A DNA stretch of 64,000 nt, taken from contig CAZHRF010000001.1 of the NCBI GenBank assembly GCA_964534625.1, positions 76,216 to 140,215 of the forward strand. Direction: 5' to 3'. This document shows, one piece after another, positions 49,181 through 59,612 of this stretch. Under the pieces are notes generated by a model. The model made no database searches, had not been told where the DNA came from, and saw nothing but the letters and a program-made list of their open reading frames with translations. Source of the stretch: an uncultured archaeon. Its GTDB lineage: Archaea > Asgardarchaeota > Heimdallarchaeia > Heimdallarchaeales > Heimdallarchaeaceae. The position numbers and the translations under genes were made by a program. How positions within the stretch are numbered: position 1 is the stretch's first letter; each line of letters begins with the position of its first letter.

Positions 49181-50383
49181 GTGTCGACACTGTCTAAGGA
49201 TAATTATTCTCATGAGAGGGATGACAATGCGTATTTGGTATCATATACCCACCATCTGGAACGTCAAGCAAGACAGCTTGAAACAGAAAAACAAATGCTT
49301 GATTCAGAGCGTTTAAGATTACAACGTGAGCTAAACAATCTTAAGATTGAATTAGAAAGGCTACGTACTCCACCATTGTTCCTAGGCTATATAATAGCTG
49401 TTCTTAGTGATGAAACTGCTATAGTAAGAAGTACAACGGGTCCTAATCTAGTAGTTGCTGTATCAAAAAAGATTGATGTAAATAAGTTAAAACCTGATAC
49501 AAGAGTGGCACTTAATCAACGCACTTTTTCGATAGTTAAAATACTGCCTTCATCATTAGATCCTGCAGTACAAAAAATGGAATTGATAGAGAAACCAGTT
49601 GAAAGGTTTTCCGATATTGGGGGGCTTGATCAACAAATACAAGAAATAAAGGAAACTGTAGAATTACCACTTACAAAACCTGAGTTATTTGAAAAAATTG
49701 GCATAGAACCACCAAAAGGGATTCTCTTACATGGTGCTCCTGGTACAGGCAAGACCTTACTGGCAAAAGCAGTTGCAAATGAAACAAATGCATCATTTAT
49801 TCGGTTAATAGGAAGTGAACTTGTTCAAAAATTTATTGGAGAAGGTGCCCGATTAGTAAGAGAAATTTTTGAATTTGCCCGATTACACTCACCAAGTATA
49901 TTATTCATTGATGAACTTGATGCTATTGGGAGTAAAAGATTAGATTTAGCGACCAGTGGAGATCGTGAAGTTCAACGTACCCTTATGCAAATACTAGCCG
50001 AACTAGATGGATTCAACGCAAGGGGTGATGTGAAGGTCGTTGCTGCCACAAATAGAATTGATATATTAGATCCTGCGCTATTAAGACCAGGAAGGTTTGA
50101 TAGGATAATTGAAATCCCAATCCCAAATAATGAAGCAAGAAAAGAAATATTCAAAATTCATACGAAAAAGATGAATATATCTGGTAAGATGGATTTCGAT
50201 AGGCTCGTTAAAATATCTGAAGGGGGAAGTGGAGCTGACATCAAAAATATTTGTGTTGAAGCAGGAATGTTTGCAATTAGGAATGATAGAGATAAAGTAA
50301 TTTTTAGTGATTTTGAGGATGCAATTAGAAAAATAATTGGAGAAAAAGAAAAAGCTGTGATTAATACAACTGGTTTTATTTAA
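49181..50383 (+). CDS. pan: proteasome-activating nucleotidase
   Basis: Coiled coil + [16 protein letters not shown] and [12 protein letters not shown]. Confidence 0.97.
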   Translation: MSTLSKDNYSHERDDNAYLVSYTHHLERQARQLETEKQMLDSERLRLQRELNNLKIELERLRTPPLFLGYIIAVLSDETAIVRSTTGPNLVVAVSKKIDVNKLKPDTRVALNQRTFSIVKILPSSLDPAVQKMELIEKPVERFSDIGGLDQQIQEIKETVELPLTKPELFEKIGIEPPKGILLHGAPGTGKTLLAKAVANETNASFIRLIGSELVQKFIGEGARLVREIFEFARLHSPSILFIDELDAIGSKRLDLATSGDREVQRTLMQILAELDGFNARGDVKVVAATNRIDILDPALLRPGRFDRIIEIPIPNNEARKEIFKIHTKKMNISGKMDFDRLVKISEGGSGADIKNICVEAGMFAIRNDRDKVIFSDFEDAIRKIIGEKEKAVINTTGFI

Positions 50384-50906
50384 CTTTGTTCTCTTCTATT
50401 ATCTCTTTCTGCCTGTATAAACCTCTTGTAATGGATGAATTATAGCCAAACTTTCCCCCTAATTTGTCAATAGCTTGTTGAACCCCAATCTCTTTTTCTC
50501 CTGAGGTAAGCTTATCGGCAAAAGAAACAATGATTTCTTCTAAATTCTTTGGTGTATAATTTTGAATGGGTAAGTTAAGTTTTTTAGCTTCGCTCTCTGT
50601 AATACCTGTACCAATGTGGTTCTTAACAACATTTATAACCCTTCTGTCAATTTTTTCTTTTTCTAAAATTTGAGCTCCTTTTAAGCCATGAGAGATAGAG
50701 TGAGTTAATGATCGACCTATATCGTGTAATAAGGCACCAGCCATTATGATGTTTTTATTTATGTTATTTATGTCAGAAGAAATTTTAAGTGCTATTTCTG
50801 CAACTTTTTTACAATGTTCAATGACATTTGGAGGTGTGTCATATTTCACTAATATATTTAGACACTCTTTTTTACTCGGTATATGTCCATCGATTTCTTT
50901 ATGCAT
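50376..50906 (-). CDS. HD-domain protein (HDIG/TIGR00295-like)
   Basis: [16 protein letters not shown] and ADKL. Confidence 0.92.
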   Translation of the reverse strand: MHKEIDGHIPSKKECLNILVKYDTPPNVIEHCKKVAEIALKISSDINNINKNIIMAGALLHDIGRSLTHSISHGLKGAQILEKEKIDRRVINVVKNHIGTGITESEAKKLNLPIQNYTPKNLEEIIVSFADKLTSGEKEIGVQQAIDKLGGKFGYNSSITRGLYRQKEIIEENKVK

Positions 50907-51051
50907 TTTTACACTTACGCCTTCATTTTTACATTTATAAATTCTTATATGCTTTATCATCGGAAAAATATCTTTTTAATTATTCTTTTTCGTGGCTGAA
51001 GAATAATGTTTTTGAATTTGTATCCTATGTTTAGTACAAGAACCTTTTAAG

Positions 51052-51597
51052 GTGATTAAATTGGCAAAAACCTATAATTGTGAAATGTGTGGAGCAGAAA
51101 TTCAAACAAGACCAATACAAATTAAAATTGAAGGTGCCCAATTGTATGTTTGTCCATCTTGCTCAAAACATGGCAAAAGGGTGCAAACCCCATCTCCTTC
51201 CAAAAAAATAAGTGTTGATCGTAAAAAGAAAAGTGCAAAAAGGACATCTATCTCAAAAGTACCAACCTCTTCATCAAATAAGCACCGCTATTATAAAAGG
51301 AAACAAGAAAAAGACTTGATATCCAACTATGGTGAAATAATTAGAAAGGCAAGACAAACAAAGAATATGAAACAAAAACAAGTAACCGCTAAAACAAAAA
51401 TTTCACTTCCTGAATTACAAAGTATAGAAAGTGGAAAAATTAGACCAACCGACGAACAAATAGATTTAATTGAAAAATTCTTTAATATAAAAATTACTGA
51501 AAACGTAGCAAATGTTGATCCAAAAGAAGTAAAGAAAAGAAAATCTTTTCAGACACTAGGTGATATTGTCGTAATAAAAAAGAAAAAAGAGGATTAA
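51052..51597 (+). CDS. mbf1: archaeal multiprotein bridging factor 1
   Basis: CEMCG..VCPSC Zn ribbon, HTH and C-terminal TLGDIV. Confidence 0.95.
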   Translation: MIKLAKTYNCEMCGAEIQTRPIQIKIEGAQLYVCPSCSKHGKRVQTPSPSKKISVDRKKKSAKRTSISKVPTSSSNKHRYYKRKQEKDLISNYGEIIRKARQTKNMKQKQVTAKTKISLPELQSIESGKIRPTDEQIDLIEKFFNIKITENVANVDPKEVKKRKSFQTLGDIVVIKKKKED

Positions 51598-51667
51598 TTA
51601 TCAATCTAATAAAGAAATCCTAGATGAATTTTTCACTTTTCTTCCCTGTATATTATCTATTACCAAA

Positions 51668-51934
51668 TTATAGCATTTGTTCTTTAGCAAAATTAGTAGC
51701 AGGTACAATATCTAGTCTAGATCCTATCTGACTAAGAACCTCTTCTGCTTCTTTAATTGGTAGCTTAACTGTATAAAGCCTTTTTTTCGTTCTAAATTTG
51801 ATTTTAATATTATTTTCGCTTCTTTTAGTTCTACATTCCCCTTTTTGAGCAATAGTAAGATTGACGATTTCGTTTAATCGTTCTTTGAATGATCCTTCAT
51901 CTTGAAAATCTTCTTTTCTTATCTCGGTTGGCAT
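51668..51934 (-). CDS. rpl38e: ribosomal protein L38e
   Basis: MPTEI...CRTKR...KIKFRTKKRLYT. Confidence 0.85.
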   Translation of the reverse strand: MPTEIRKEDFQDEGSFKERLNEIVNLTIAQKGECRTKRSENNIKIKFRTKKRLYTVKLPIKEAEEVLSQIGSRLDIVPATNFAKEQML

Positions 51935-52168
51935 TTTTCTTCAAATTGGTGGACTAATATTGTTTTTAAAAACATTTTTGTAATTGTTGTTTTTTTTGTA
52001 AGCTATTTCAGGATTACTTTCTTTGAAAAATGGCGTGTTTTTTGTTACTTATTAATTAAATTATCTTTTGACCCTAAAGACTAAAATAATATCTTAAAAA
52101 TTAGTAATTTAGAGAAAATTTTTTAGATATATCATTAAATTTCTCTCTATACTAGTAGGTGAACTTGA

Positions 52169-52507
52169 ATGGATTTTTGTCCCGAATGTGGTAAAATTTT
52201 ATTAAGTGAAAAAAATAATGATGAAGTAGTTTTAAAATGTGGAAAATGTGGATACAAAAGAAAAATGAAAGAAGATGAAGATTTGTCTTTTACTGAAGAA
52301 ATTAAACACGATGTTAGAGATATGACTGCTATTATCGATCAAAAAGAGATGGACAAAACAAGACCAACAAAAGAGATGTATTGTCCCAAGTGTAAGAAAA
52401 AGACTGAAATAAGTTTTTGGCAGTTACAAACAAGAAGCGCAGATGAGTCACCAACAAGATTCTTCAAGTGTACTGAATGTACTCACACTTGGAGAGAATA
52501 TGATTAG
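52169..52507 (+). CDS. tfs: transcription factor S
   Basis: FCPECG; QTRSADE..TRFFKC..C.HTWREY. Confidence 0.97.
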   Translation: MDFCPECGKILLSEKNNDEVVLKCGKCGYKRKMKEDEDLSFTEEIKHDVRDMTAIIDQKEMDKTRPTKEMYCPKCKKKTEISFWQLQTRSADESPTRFFKCTECTHTWREYD

Positions 52508-52517
52508 AAGTGATAAT

Positions 52518-52880
52518 ATGTCAAATTTTAATTTTTCATTAAAACCATCTAATAAGAATTCTTATCCAAAAAGGGAACCTTTTAGACCTATAAATATTGC
52601 CGATATTAAATCGCCAGGTAAGTATCGTATTTTTGGATCAATTATATCCGTTAGTGAAAATTCATTTGAAGTAAACGATGGCACGGATCAAATAAGGGTT
52701 ATTCCTGTTGAAACAGCAAGCATCGATGAAGTGAGTGAGGGAATGCAAGTACGAATACTGGGTGAGTTTTCTGGTGGGAAAAATAAACAGATAGAAGCGA
52801 TTATTATACAAAACTGGTCATCTGTGGACATACAGACTTATAATGGTGTAAAGGATTTAGAAGCTTCGTTATTTCGGTAG
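52518..52880 (+). CDS. single OB-fold protein, RPA14/RPA3-like
   Basis: RIFG.I...NDGT...VRILG...AIIIQ..DIQTY followed by a C-terminal helix. Confidence 0.75.
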   Translation: MSNFNFSLKPSNKNSYPKREPFRPINIADIKSPGKYRIFGSIISVSENSFEVNDGTDQIRVIPVETASIDEVSEGMQVRILGEFSGGKNKQIEAIIIQNWSSVDIQTYNGVKDLEASLFR

Positions 52881-53048
52881 AAGAAATATCGTAAAAATGT
52901 ATCACTTGGATGTTTTTAGTTTTGAAAATAAAAAAATGTGTTAATGACGATTATCTTAAATAGTGTTTTCTAATTACTAGATGTGTGATATCTTAGAGTA
53001 ATACATGAGAATTTAAGATTAATTATTAAAAAAACAAGAGGAATTGTT

Positions 53049-53855
53049 ATGACGTTTGAAATAATATTGGATGACGCAAAGTTAATGGCAAATATGTGCT
53101 CTGTTATAAGCTCTATCGTTGCTGAAAGTAGATTACATATTGATGAAGAAGGAATTAAAATCAAAGCATTTGATGCAACTAGGATTTCAATGATCGATTT
53201 CTTAATGAAACAAGAGTTTTTTAGCAAATATGAAATTGCAGAGGAAACTTCAATTGGACTGAGCCTAGAAATATTGAATCAGATACTTAAAACAGCAAAG
53301 TCTAGTGAACGATTAAAACTTGCTTTTGATGATGATGCCAAACGTTTTATTATTGAATTTATAGGCGCGAAAAGGAAGCGAAGCTTTGCCCTATCTATTA
53401 TAGATATACAAGCTGATGAAAGCATTCCTGATACAATCCACATCTCATTTGATGCCAATTTCAGAATGCAGTGTGGTTTTTTGCAACAAGTACTGAAGGA
53501 TGCAGAAATGATTGGTGATTATTTAAGAATTTATGCTGATGAAAAAGGGATAAGTTTTGAGAGTGAAAGTGATACAAAATCGATGCACACATTTATAGAA
53601 CCTGAAAGTGAAGAAATGGATACAGAAGAGTTTAGTGTGTTAGTATCGGACGAAGCACCTTCTTTCGAGTCAGTATATTCCTTGGAATTCCTTTCTAATT
53701 TCCTTAAAGGAATTAGATCTTCTGACGAAATAAAAGTTTCATTTGGGCAAGATTTACCTGTGAGAATAATATACTATATAGAAGATAAGGGACACTTGCT
53801 TTATTTTGTTGCTCCAAGAATTGAAGAAAGCGAAGATATTGATGATGACATATAA
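53049..53855 (+). CDS. pcn: PCNA sliding clamp
   Basis: AFDATRISM, YSLEFL, FGQDLP and YFVAPRIE. Confidence 0.96.
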   Translation: MTFEIILDDAKLMANMCSVISSIVAESRLHIDEEGIKIKAFDATRISMIDFLMKQEFFSKYEIAEETSIGLSLEILNQILKTAKSSERLKLAFDDDAKRFIIEFIGAKRKRSFALSIIDIQADESIPDTIHISFDANFRMQCGFLQQVLKDAEMIGDYLRIYADEKGISFESESDTKSMHTFIEPESEEMDTEEFSVLVSDEAPSFESVYSLEFLSNFLKGIRSSDEIKVSFGQDLPVRIIYYIEDKGHLLYFVAPRIEESEDIDDDI

Positions 53856-53936
53856 GGTTGCGCAAGGAAATAAAAACAACGGATTGAACAAACTGCTTGA
53901 GACTGGAAGTCTTTTATTTTATTTCTTTAAAACTAA

Positions 53937-54539
53937 ATGAGAGGCAAGAAATTGTTTGGAAAAATACATGAACAGTGGCAAAGAGAAAGGGAAAAAAAAG
54001 ATCTAGAAAAAATAGACTTGTCTTTTTATGGTGCAGTACGTGACTTCTTAAAACTTAATGAGGATAAAGTATTAGGAGAAAAAAACGAGTTAAGAAAAAA
54101 AATATATGAGGCTCGGTTGAAGAGAATTAAATTTGTAATAGAAGATTTGGCAGAGATACGTACAAGAAAAATCTTTGAGTTATTAATTCAACAAAAAGAA
54201 CCCGAAAAAAACCTAGCTTCTGAAGAGAGAGACTTTTTTGAAAGGCAACAAAAAATTTACAATTATTATCTAAAAGAATTGCATGAACCAGAAGAGGTTG
54301 CATTTATTGATATAGATGATTTAGTAGAAATCAAAAACACAGAAAAACAAAAGATCGAAGAGGAACAAATAGATTATGTTGTTGTAAAAATCAAACAAAA
54401 TATAGAACAACCATTAATGGGATTGGATGGTCAGAAATATGGTCCTTTTCAAAAGGAAGATGTATGTGTTTTACCAAAAATTAATGCAATAGGACTAGTA
54501 AAAAGAAAAGTAGCAGAAGAAATAGAAATAAAGGATTAA
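53937..54539 (+). CDS. GINS subunit (Gins15-type)
   Basis: Helical A domain (RTRKI, LASEE) + B domain MGLDGQKYGPF..EDV..LP..NA. Confidence 0.9.
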   Translation: MRGKKLFGKIHEQWQREREKKDLEKIDLSFYGAVRDFLKLNEDKVLGEKNELRKKIYEARLKRIKFVIEDLAEIRTRKIFELLIQQKEPEKNLASEERDFFERQQKIYNYYLKELHEPEEVAFIDIDDLVEIKNTEKQKIEEEQIDYVVVKIKQNIEQPLMGLDGQKYGPFQKEDVCVLPKINAIGLVKRKVAEEIEIKD

Positions 54540-54551
54540 TACAACTTTCTA

Positions 54552-54740
54552 TTATTTATGATATTCTTCCAATATTTCTGCTAAAATCTTTGCTTTACCT
54601 GCACGAGGGAGTGCTAAATCAGAATCGCAGATATCACATTTAACGACAGTTTTTGCCGAATTAAAAATAGTTTGTTCATTATCACAATTGGGACATTTTA
54701 CTTTAAGAAATTTTGTTTTTGGAAACGGAATCTCTGACAT
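54552..54740 (-). CDS. rps27e: 30S ribosomal protein S27e
   Basis: FLKVKCPNCDNEQ..F...VKCDIC...GKA. Confidence 0.97.
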   Translation of the reverse strand: MSEIPFPKTKFLKVKCPNCDNEQTIFNSAKTVVKCDICDSDLALPRAGKAKILAEILEEYHK

Positions 54741-54834
54741 AATTGGAAGAGAGCGAAGATGATTTAAAAAAGTTGTGAAAAATGATAATATTAGATATTT
54801 TCATAAGAAGATAATTGGAAAAAGCAATATAATT

Positions 54835-54949
54835 TGGTGCGGGGGGAGGGATTCGAACCCGCGAACCACTAAGGAACGGATGGCTCATCAACGACAACAA
54901 GTATTAAGATCTTGAGTCCGTCGCCGTTGACCAACTTGGCTACCCCCGC
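54835..54949 (-). tRNA. tRNA-Leu(CAA) with 29-nt intron at 37/38 (54882-54910), CCA encoded
   Basis: ACGGA-CT CAA G[intron]A-TCCGT; canonical BHB helix CTCA/TGAG; long variable arm. Confidence 0.95.
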
Positions 54950-55313
54950 ATTATGAGGTTTGAAGTTTATTTTTTTTAATACCCTAAGGTGTTTTTTTTA
55001 CACTTATAAGATATGTTCCCATATCTCCACTATGATAAATTAACTATGTATCTAGTATCGATATAACCACTCTATTTTTGCCCCTTTTAATTTTTTCTTT
55101 ATGTTTCATTTTTGAAATATAGAATTAGTTAAAATAAAATTTAGAATATCTAAAAGTCCTATAAATCGAACTTTAAATAGTTGTTTTTTGGGATTGAAGA
55201 TAGAATTGAAGTGGTGGCAATATATATTCTTTTAAATACTAGAGAATATAGTTTTCTGTAAAAAGAAAATATATATGTATGCAAAATTAGATTTAGTAGA
55301 AAAGGGATATCAT

Positions 55314-55919
55314 ATGGCAGAAAATAAAGCCAAAGACACACCTGATGTTGATGGGGCGCAAAAATTTTCTTCACACATAAATATTAGTGAAAGACAAAGG
55401 CAAACATTAATCGGCGTTATAGAAGATATTTGTGGTGATGAGGTAAAACAAGTAACATTAGTACTTCTTAATTCGGAGGAAGAAACAACAGACGAAGAAA
55501 TATCAGAAAAATTAGATATGAGATTAAACCAAGTAAGAAAATCATTATACAAACTTTATGATCTTCAGCTTGCAAGTTTTAGAAGAATAAGGGACAAAAA
55601 TACCGGTTGGTTTGTCTACTTCTGGAAGTTACATCCTGAAAAAATAGATGTATTTGTTGAAAACAAACAAAATGAAGTTCTAGAAAAACTACGAACACGT
55701 CTTAATTATGAAGAAGAAAATATGTTTTTTACGTGCAAGAATCCAGATTGCCCAAGAATTGAATTCCAAGAAGCAATGGATCTAAATTTTGAATGTCCAA
55801 ATTGTGGAGAAAGACTAGAAGCATTTGATAATGAACAAATTAAACAAGTATTGAAAATGAAGATAAACGAGCTAAAAGAAATAAAGAAGAAGACAAGGGA
55901 ATTAATTTCTGGGAATTAA
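55314..55919 (+). CDS. tfe: transcription factor E alpha
   Basis: TDEEISEKL...VRKSLYKL, RDKNTGWFVYFW, Zn ribbon and F.EAM...FECPNCG. Confidence 0.96.
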   Translation: MAENKAKDTPDVDGAQKFSSHINISERQRQTLIGVIEDICGDEVKQVTLVLLNSEEETTDEEISEKLDMRLNQVRKSLYKLYDLQLASFRRIRDKNTGWFVYFWKLHPEKIDVFVENKQNEVLEKLRTRLNYEEENMFFTCKNPDCPRIEFQEAMDLNFECPNCGERLEAFDNEQIKQVLKMKINELKEIKKKTRELISGN

Positions 55920-55982
55920 TTGTTTTTTTCAATAGTTTAGATGAAGCTATAAATAAAAAAAATAGCTAAAGAGGTTACAAAT

Positions 55983-56495
55983 ATGAAAAAAAACCAAAAG
56001 AATTTATCAAGCGCCTTATATCCAAATCCAGTGGTTTTAGTGTCGTCAAAAAATAAAAAGGAAGAGTCAATTATTACACTAGCGTGGGTTGGCACATTAT
56101 GTTCAGATCCACCAACAATTGGAATATCTTTAACCAAATCAAGATATTCTTATGAACTAATTAAAAAATCAAAAGAATTTATTGTAAATATTCCCACCAA
56201 ATCAATGAAAGATGAAGTACAATTGTGTGGAACAAAGTCAGGACGAGAGATAGATAAATGGCAAGAATGTAAATTTAGTCGTATTAAAGGAAAAAAGGTT
56301 GATGCTTATTATATAGACGAATGTCCAGTTAATATTGAATGCAAAGTAAAACAAGTCATTGAAATTGGATTACATGATTTGTTTATTGGAGAAGTTGTTG
56401 ATGTTCATATTGATGAAAAATGGAAAAACAATAATTATCCTGATATGCTTGTATATGTAAGAGGAATATATAAAAAATGTGTAGATATCGGTTGA
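55983..56495 (+). CDS. flavin reductase-like (flavoredoxin) protein
   Basis: YPNPVVLVS, CGTKSGR..DK, ECPVNIEC and HDLFIGEV. Confidence 0.92.
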   Translation: MKKNQKNLSSALYPNPVVLVSSKNKKEESIITLAWVGTLCSDPPTIGISLTKSRYSYELIKKSKEFIVNIPTKSMKDEVQLCGTKSGREIDKWQECKFSRIKGKKVDAYYIDECPVNIECKVKQVIEIGLHDLFIGEVVDVHIDEKWKNNNYPDMLVYVRGIYKKCVDIG

Positions 56496-56517
56496 TGAAT
56501 GGTTAGAGAAAAATTTA

Positions 56518-56594
56518 TGGTGGTCGAGAAGGAATTTGAATCCTTGTTCTCTTGATCCCGAACCAAGTGCCTTACCAAGCTGGGCCACTCGACC
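56518..56594 (-). tRNA. tRNA-Pro(CGG), CCA encoded
   Basis: GGTCGAG/CTCGACC-A-CCA, CTTGG-TT CGG GA-TCAAG, T arm AAGGA TTCAAAT TCCTT. Confidence 0.9.
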
Positions 56595-56775
56595 TCTTAT
56601 ATTATTGGTTATTTTAATACTAACGGCTCTTGTTTTAAAATTTTGGTTTCGATGAAAATTATTGCTTAATGTTTTAGTGTCATATACCACGTATTCAAAC
56701 TAATGAAAGTAAAAAGTAATATTTAGTGTTTGGTATTTTTATTTTTTTTCGGTATAAGAACGATAAACGAATAAT

Positions 56776-58137
56776 TTAAGGTATTAACGCTTCTTTTACT
56801 AAATTCTTTCCCATTTTCATCTTATCTTGAGCTTTTTTCATAGTATTTGCTTCAACAAACACTCTAAAAATAGCTTCTGTACCTGAAGGGCGAATTAAAA
56901 TCCATCCTTCGTCATCAATAATTTTTATTCCATCGATAGTATTTATTTCATTATCTGTTGGTGCATTATTTTTTATTGAATTCATTACCTGTTCCTTCTT
57001 TTCATTAGGACAGTGTATTTTGTCTTTAAGTTGAACATATTCTGGGATCTGGGTTACTAATTGTTCCATGGTTTTCTGCTTATCTGCAATTATATTTGCC
57101 ATTAAGGCAGCTGCCATGGCCCCATCTCGGACTGGCTGGTGTTTTCCATAGAAAAGCCCACCATTTTCTTCACCACCTAATTTAGCATTAAGTTCTAACA
57201 TCTTACGACTTACATAAATACAGCCAACAGGGGTCCAAACAACTTTTCCTCCTAAAATTTCAGCAATATCTACCATCGCTTTAGATGAACTAACAGGAGT
57301 GACAAATATTTTTTTATCTTCACGCTCTAAAACCCATTTCTCAAATATAGCAATAGATTTATCCCCCCAATAAACATTACCTTTTCCATCACCAAATATT
57401 GCCCGATCTGCATCACCATCATGAGCAACTGCAAAATCAGCATTCGTCTTTTGTGCTATCTTAGCCATTAAACACAATTTATTGGGAATTGGTTCTGAAT
57501 CTCTTCCTGGAAAACGGCCATCTAAGTGTGAATTAACTGAAATAACCCGAACCCCCATGTTTTTGAGTAATTCGGGAGTTATAATGCCTCCAACCGCATT
57601 TCCTGCATCAACTACTGCTGTCAAGTTTCTTTTTTTAATCTTTTCAACATCAACTTGAGCCATTATTTGGTTTATATATCTATCTTTAAAATCTATGGTG
57701 GTTAGATTCTTTGTTTGTTCCCAATTGGCAAAAGAAAATTGTTCTTTTTCAAAATAATTTTCAATTTTGTATTGATCTTTTATACCAATCTCCACTCCAT
57801 CATGTGAAATAATCTTCAACCCATTAAATTGAGCGGGATTATGACTAGCAGTAACCATAACGCCTAATTTGGCACCAGTAGTCTTTACAGCGAATTGTGT
57901 TAAAGGAGTAGGAACTGTACCCACATCTATCACTTCAATACCTGTGCCCAATAAAGTAGATATGATTCCATATTTAATATAAGGACTACTCAAACGAGCA
58001 TCGGAACCAACAATAACAGTACCTTTATTCTCAATAAAGGCTGCTATCGATAGTCCCATTTTAGTGATGAATAGTGGATTAAATAGTTCTCCAACAATTC
58101 CTCTTATTCCATTTGTACCAAAATACTTTTTTTTCAT
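56776..58137 (-). CDS. glmM: phosphoglucosamine mutase / phosphomannomutase
   Basis: FGTNGIRG, TASHNP, DGDADR, GGEENGG and RPSGTE. Confidence 0.9.
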   Translation of the reverse strand: MKKKYFGTNGIRGIVGELFNPLFITKMGLSIAAFIENKGTVIVGSDARLSSPYIKYGIISTLLGTGIEVIDVGTVPTPLTQFAVKTTGAKLGVMVTASHNPAQFNGLKIISHDGVEIGIKDQYKIENYFEKEQFSFANWEQTKNLTTIDFKDRYINQIMAQVDVEKIKKRNLTAVVDAGNAVGGIITPELLKNMGVRVISVNSHLDGRFPGRDSEPIPNKLCLMAKIAQKTNADFAVAHDGDADRAIFGDGKGNVYWGDKSIAIFEKWVLEREDKKIFVTPVSSSKAMVDIAEILGGKVVWTPVGCIYVSRKMLELNAKLGGEENGGLFYGKHQPVRDGAMAAALMANIIADKQKTMEQLVTQIPEYVQLKDKIHCPNEKKEQVMNSIKNNAPTDNEINTIDGIKIIDDEGWILIRPSGTEAIFRVFVEANTMKKAQDKMKMGKNLVKEALIP

Positions 58138-58423
58138 ACAGATAAGAATTTTTATAATCATTTTAAAAGAATTTGGGATTGTTTTTTGTAAATCAACTAT
58201 AAAATTAGTGTATTGTTGTCTATCTCGGATTTTAAACTGTTTTTTTCATGAATCTTAGAGTTCATCTTACCTAACAAAAATATGGTCAGTTAAGTCAGAT
58301 TAGTAGAGTGAGAAAATGACAACAGAGATGAACATTGAAGTTCATGTTTTTTCTAATAAAAATATCAATACCAAAATCTATATAATTAACCTTATCTTTC
58401 TTGTTAATTGAGGTTTAAAATAT

Positions 58424-58711
58424 ATGAGTGATAAACTAATAGGATTATTATTGATAATTGGATCTTTGGGAATACTTGGTGCAGTAATTGCTTTAACTAT
58501 CATCGTTCCTTTATTAACTGCTGATATTATTATTGGCTATTGGACAATAGCTGTTATCATCTCTCTAGCCGTTCTCATAGCCATGTTGTTATCAACTTGG
58601 ATTGGATGGACACTTTTGACAACAAAGGCACCAGAAGCAGTTCTAGGTGAAGATGACGCGGATTTAGACACAACAGAAGAGGAACTAGAGACACCAGACG
58701 AAGAAAATTAG
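58424..58711 (+). CDS. two-TM protein, DPM2-like, with acidic tail
   Basis: DKLIGLLLIIGS...WIGWTLLTT parallels DPM2 DQVVGLGLVAVS...FISYVML (recalled from memory). Confidence 0.55.
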   Translation: MSDKLIGLLLIIGSLGILGAVIALTIIVPLLTADIIIGYWTIAVIISLAVLIAMLLSTWIGWTLLTTKAPEAVLGEDDADLDTTEEELETPDEEN

Positions 58712-58730
58712 AAAATAGAACGTGAAAAAT

Positions 58731-59096
58731 ATGAGTCGACGTCCCTTAAGCCCCAGACAAATGAAAAAAATGCGGGGTAAAATGAAAACAGTAGAATTGG
58801 AGGGAGTAGAGGAAGTGATTATTCGCTTTGCTGATAAGGAGATATACATTCCTGCTCCTGATGTTAGTAAAATTATTATGGGTGGCGAAGTATATCAAGT
58901 AATAGGGAAGGGGACAGAAAGATTAAGATCTGAAGACGTAACTGAAACAAGTGCTATGCCTGAGGTTTCAATATCTGACGAGGATGTAAAACTGATTATG
59001 GGCCAAACAGATGCTTCCGAAGAAGAAGTAAGAAACGCTTTGGAAGAAGAAAATGGCGATTTGGCTGGTGCAGTTGTTAGGTTGCAAAAAAGATAA
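58731..59096 (+). CDS. nac: nascent polypeptide-associated complex protein
   Basis: PRQMKKM, VEEVII and UBA-like EDVKLIM.QT..SEEE...AL....GDLA. Confidence 0.95.
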   Translation: MSRRPLSPRQMKKMRGKMKTVELEGVEEVIIRFADKEIYIPAPDVSKIIMGGEVYQVIGKGTERLRSEDVTETSAMPEVSISDEDVKLIMGQTDASEEEVRNALEEENGDLAGAVVRLQKR

Positions 59097-59579
59097 TTAT
59101 TTTTTTATGCCTTTTCTTATCGTTACTCCGACGCCCATGTCCATTTCTAAAAGGAGGTTAGTTGATAATTTGGCAGTGCCTATTGCAATAATCTCTCCTT
59201 TTGTATTTTTTATAAAAACTTCGTCTTTGGGTGATATACCTTGATCTGCTTGAACAACATGTTTAGCAAATAAAGATTTACCTTCGCGAATAAAAGGTTC
59301 TGCATCATCATTCGCAGTAACAGAAAATCCAAGTTTGTTTTCATGAAGTAATTTTCCTCCTTCAATTGAAGGAATGAGAAAACCATCATTAACTCGAAAA
59401 GAAAAAATTCGTTTTTTGTTTTTGTAAACATAACGTATTCTGTTAGTGGAGCGCGAACGCTCAATTGTTGTGTCACTAGAAAATAATGCCTTTCCAGCTC
59501 CTTTTCCAAATTGATAGTCTGCAACTGATTTTAATAGATCCATTTCAACGTTTGTTGGCTTACCTTTCAAAGACATCAA
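59097..59579 (-). CDS. PUA-domain protein (ArcTGT C-terminal-like)
   Basis: ADYQFG, T.RIRYV and GKSLFAKHV. Confidence 0.9.
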   Translation of the reverse strand: MMSLKGKPTNVEMDLLKSVADYQFGKGAGKALFSSDTTIERSRSTNRIRYVYKNKKRIFSFRVNDGFLIPSIEGGKLLHENKLGFSVTANDDAEPFIREGKSLFAKHVVQADQGISPKDEVFIKNTKGEIIAIGTAKLSTNLLLEMDMGVGVTIRKGIKK

Positions 59580-59612
59580 GAATGTACTCTCTAATATTCT
59601 TTTAAAAACTAT

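Noticed and set aside
2795-56594. Integrated element at a tRNA 3' end
   Set aside because: No integrase and no duplicated tRNA 3' end (att site) were noticed.
58260-58346. GTTCATCT/AGATGAAC inverted repeat as a C/D RNA or SECIS
   Set aside because: No proper C box, no K-turn core and no candidate UGA-containing gene nearby.
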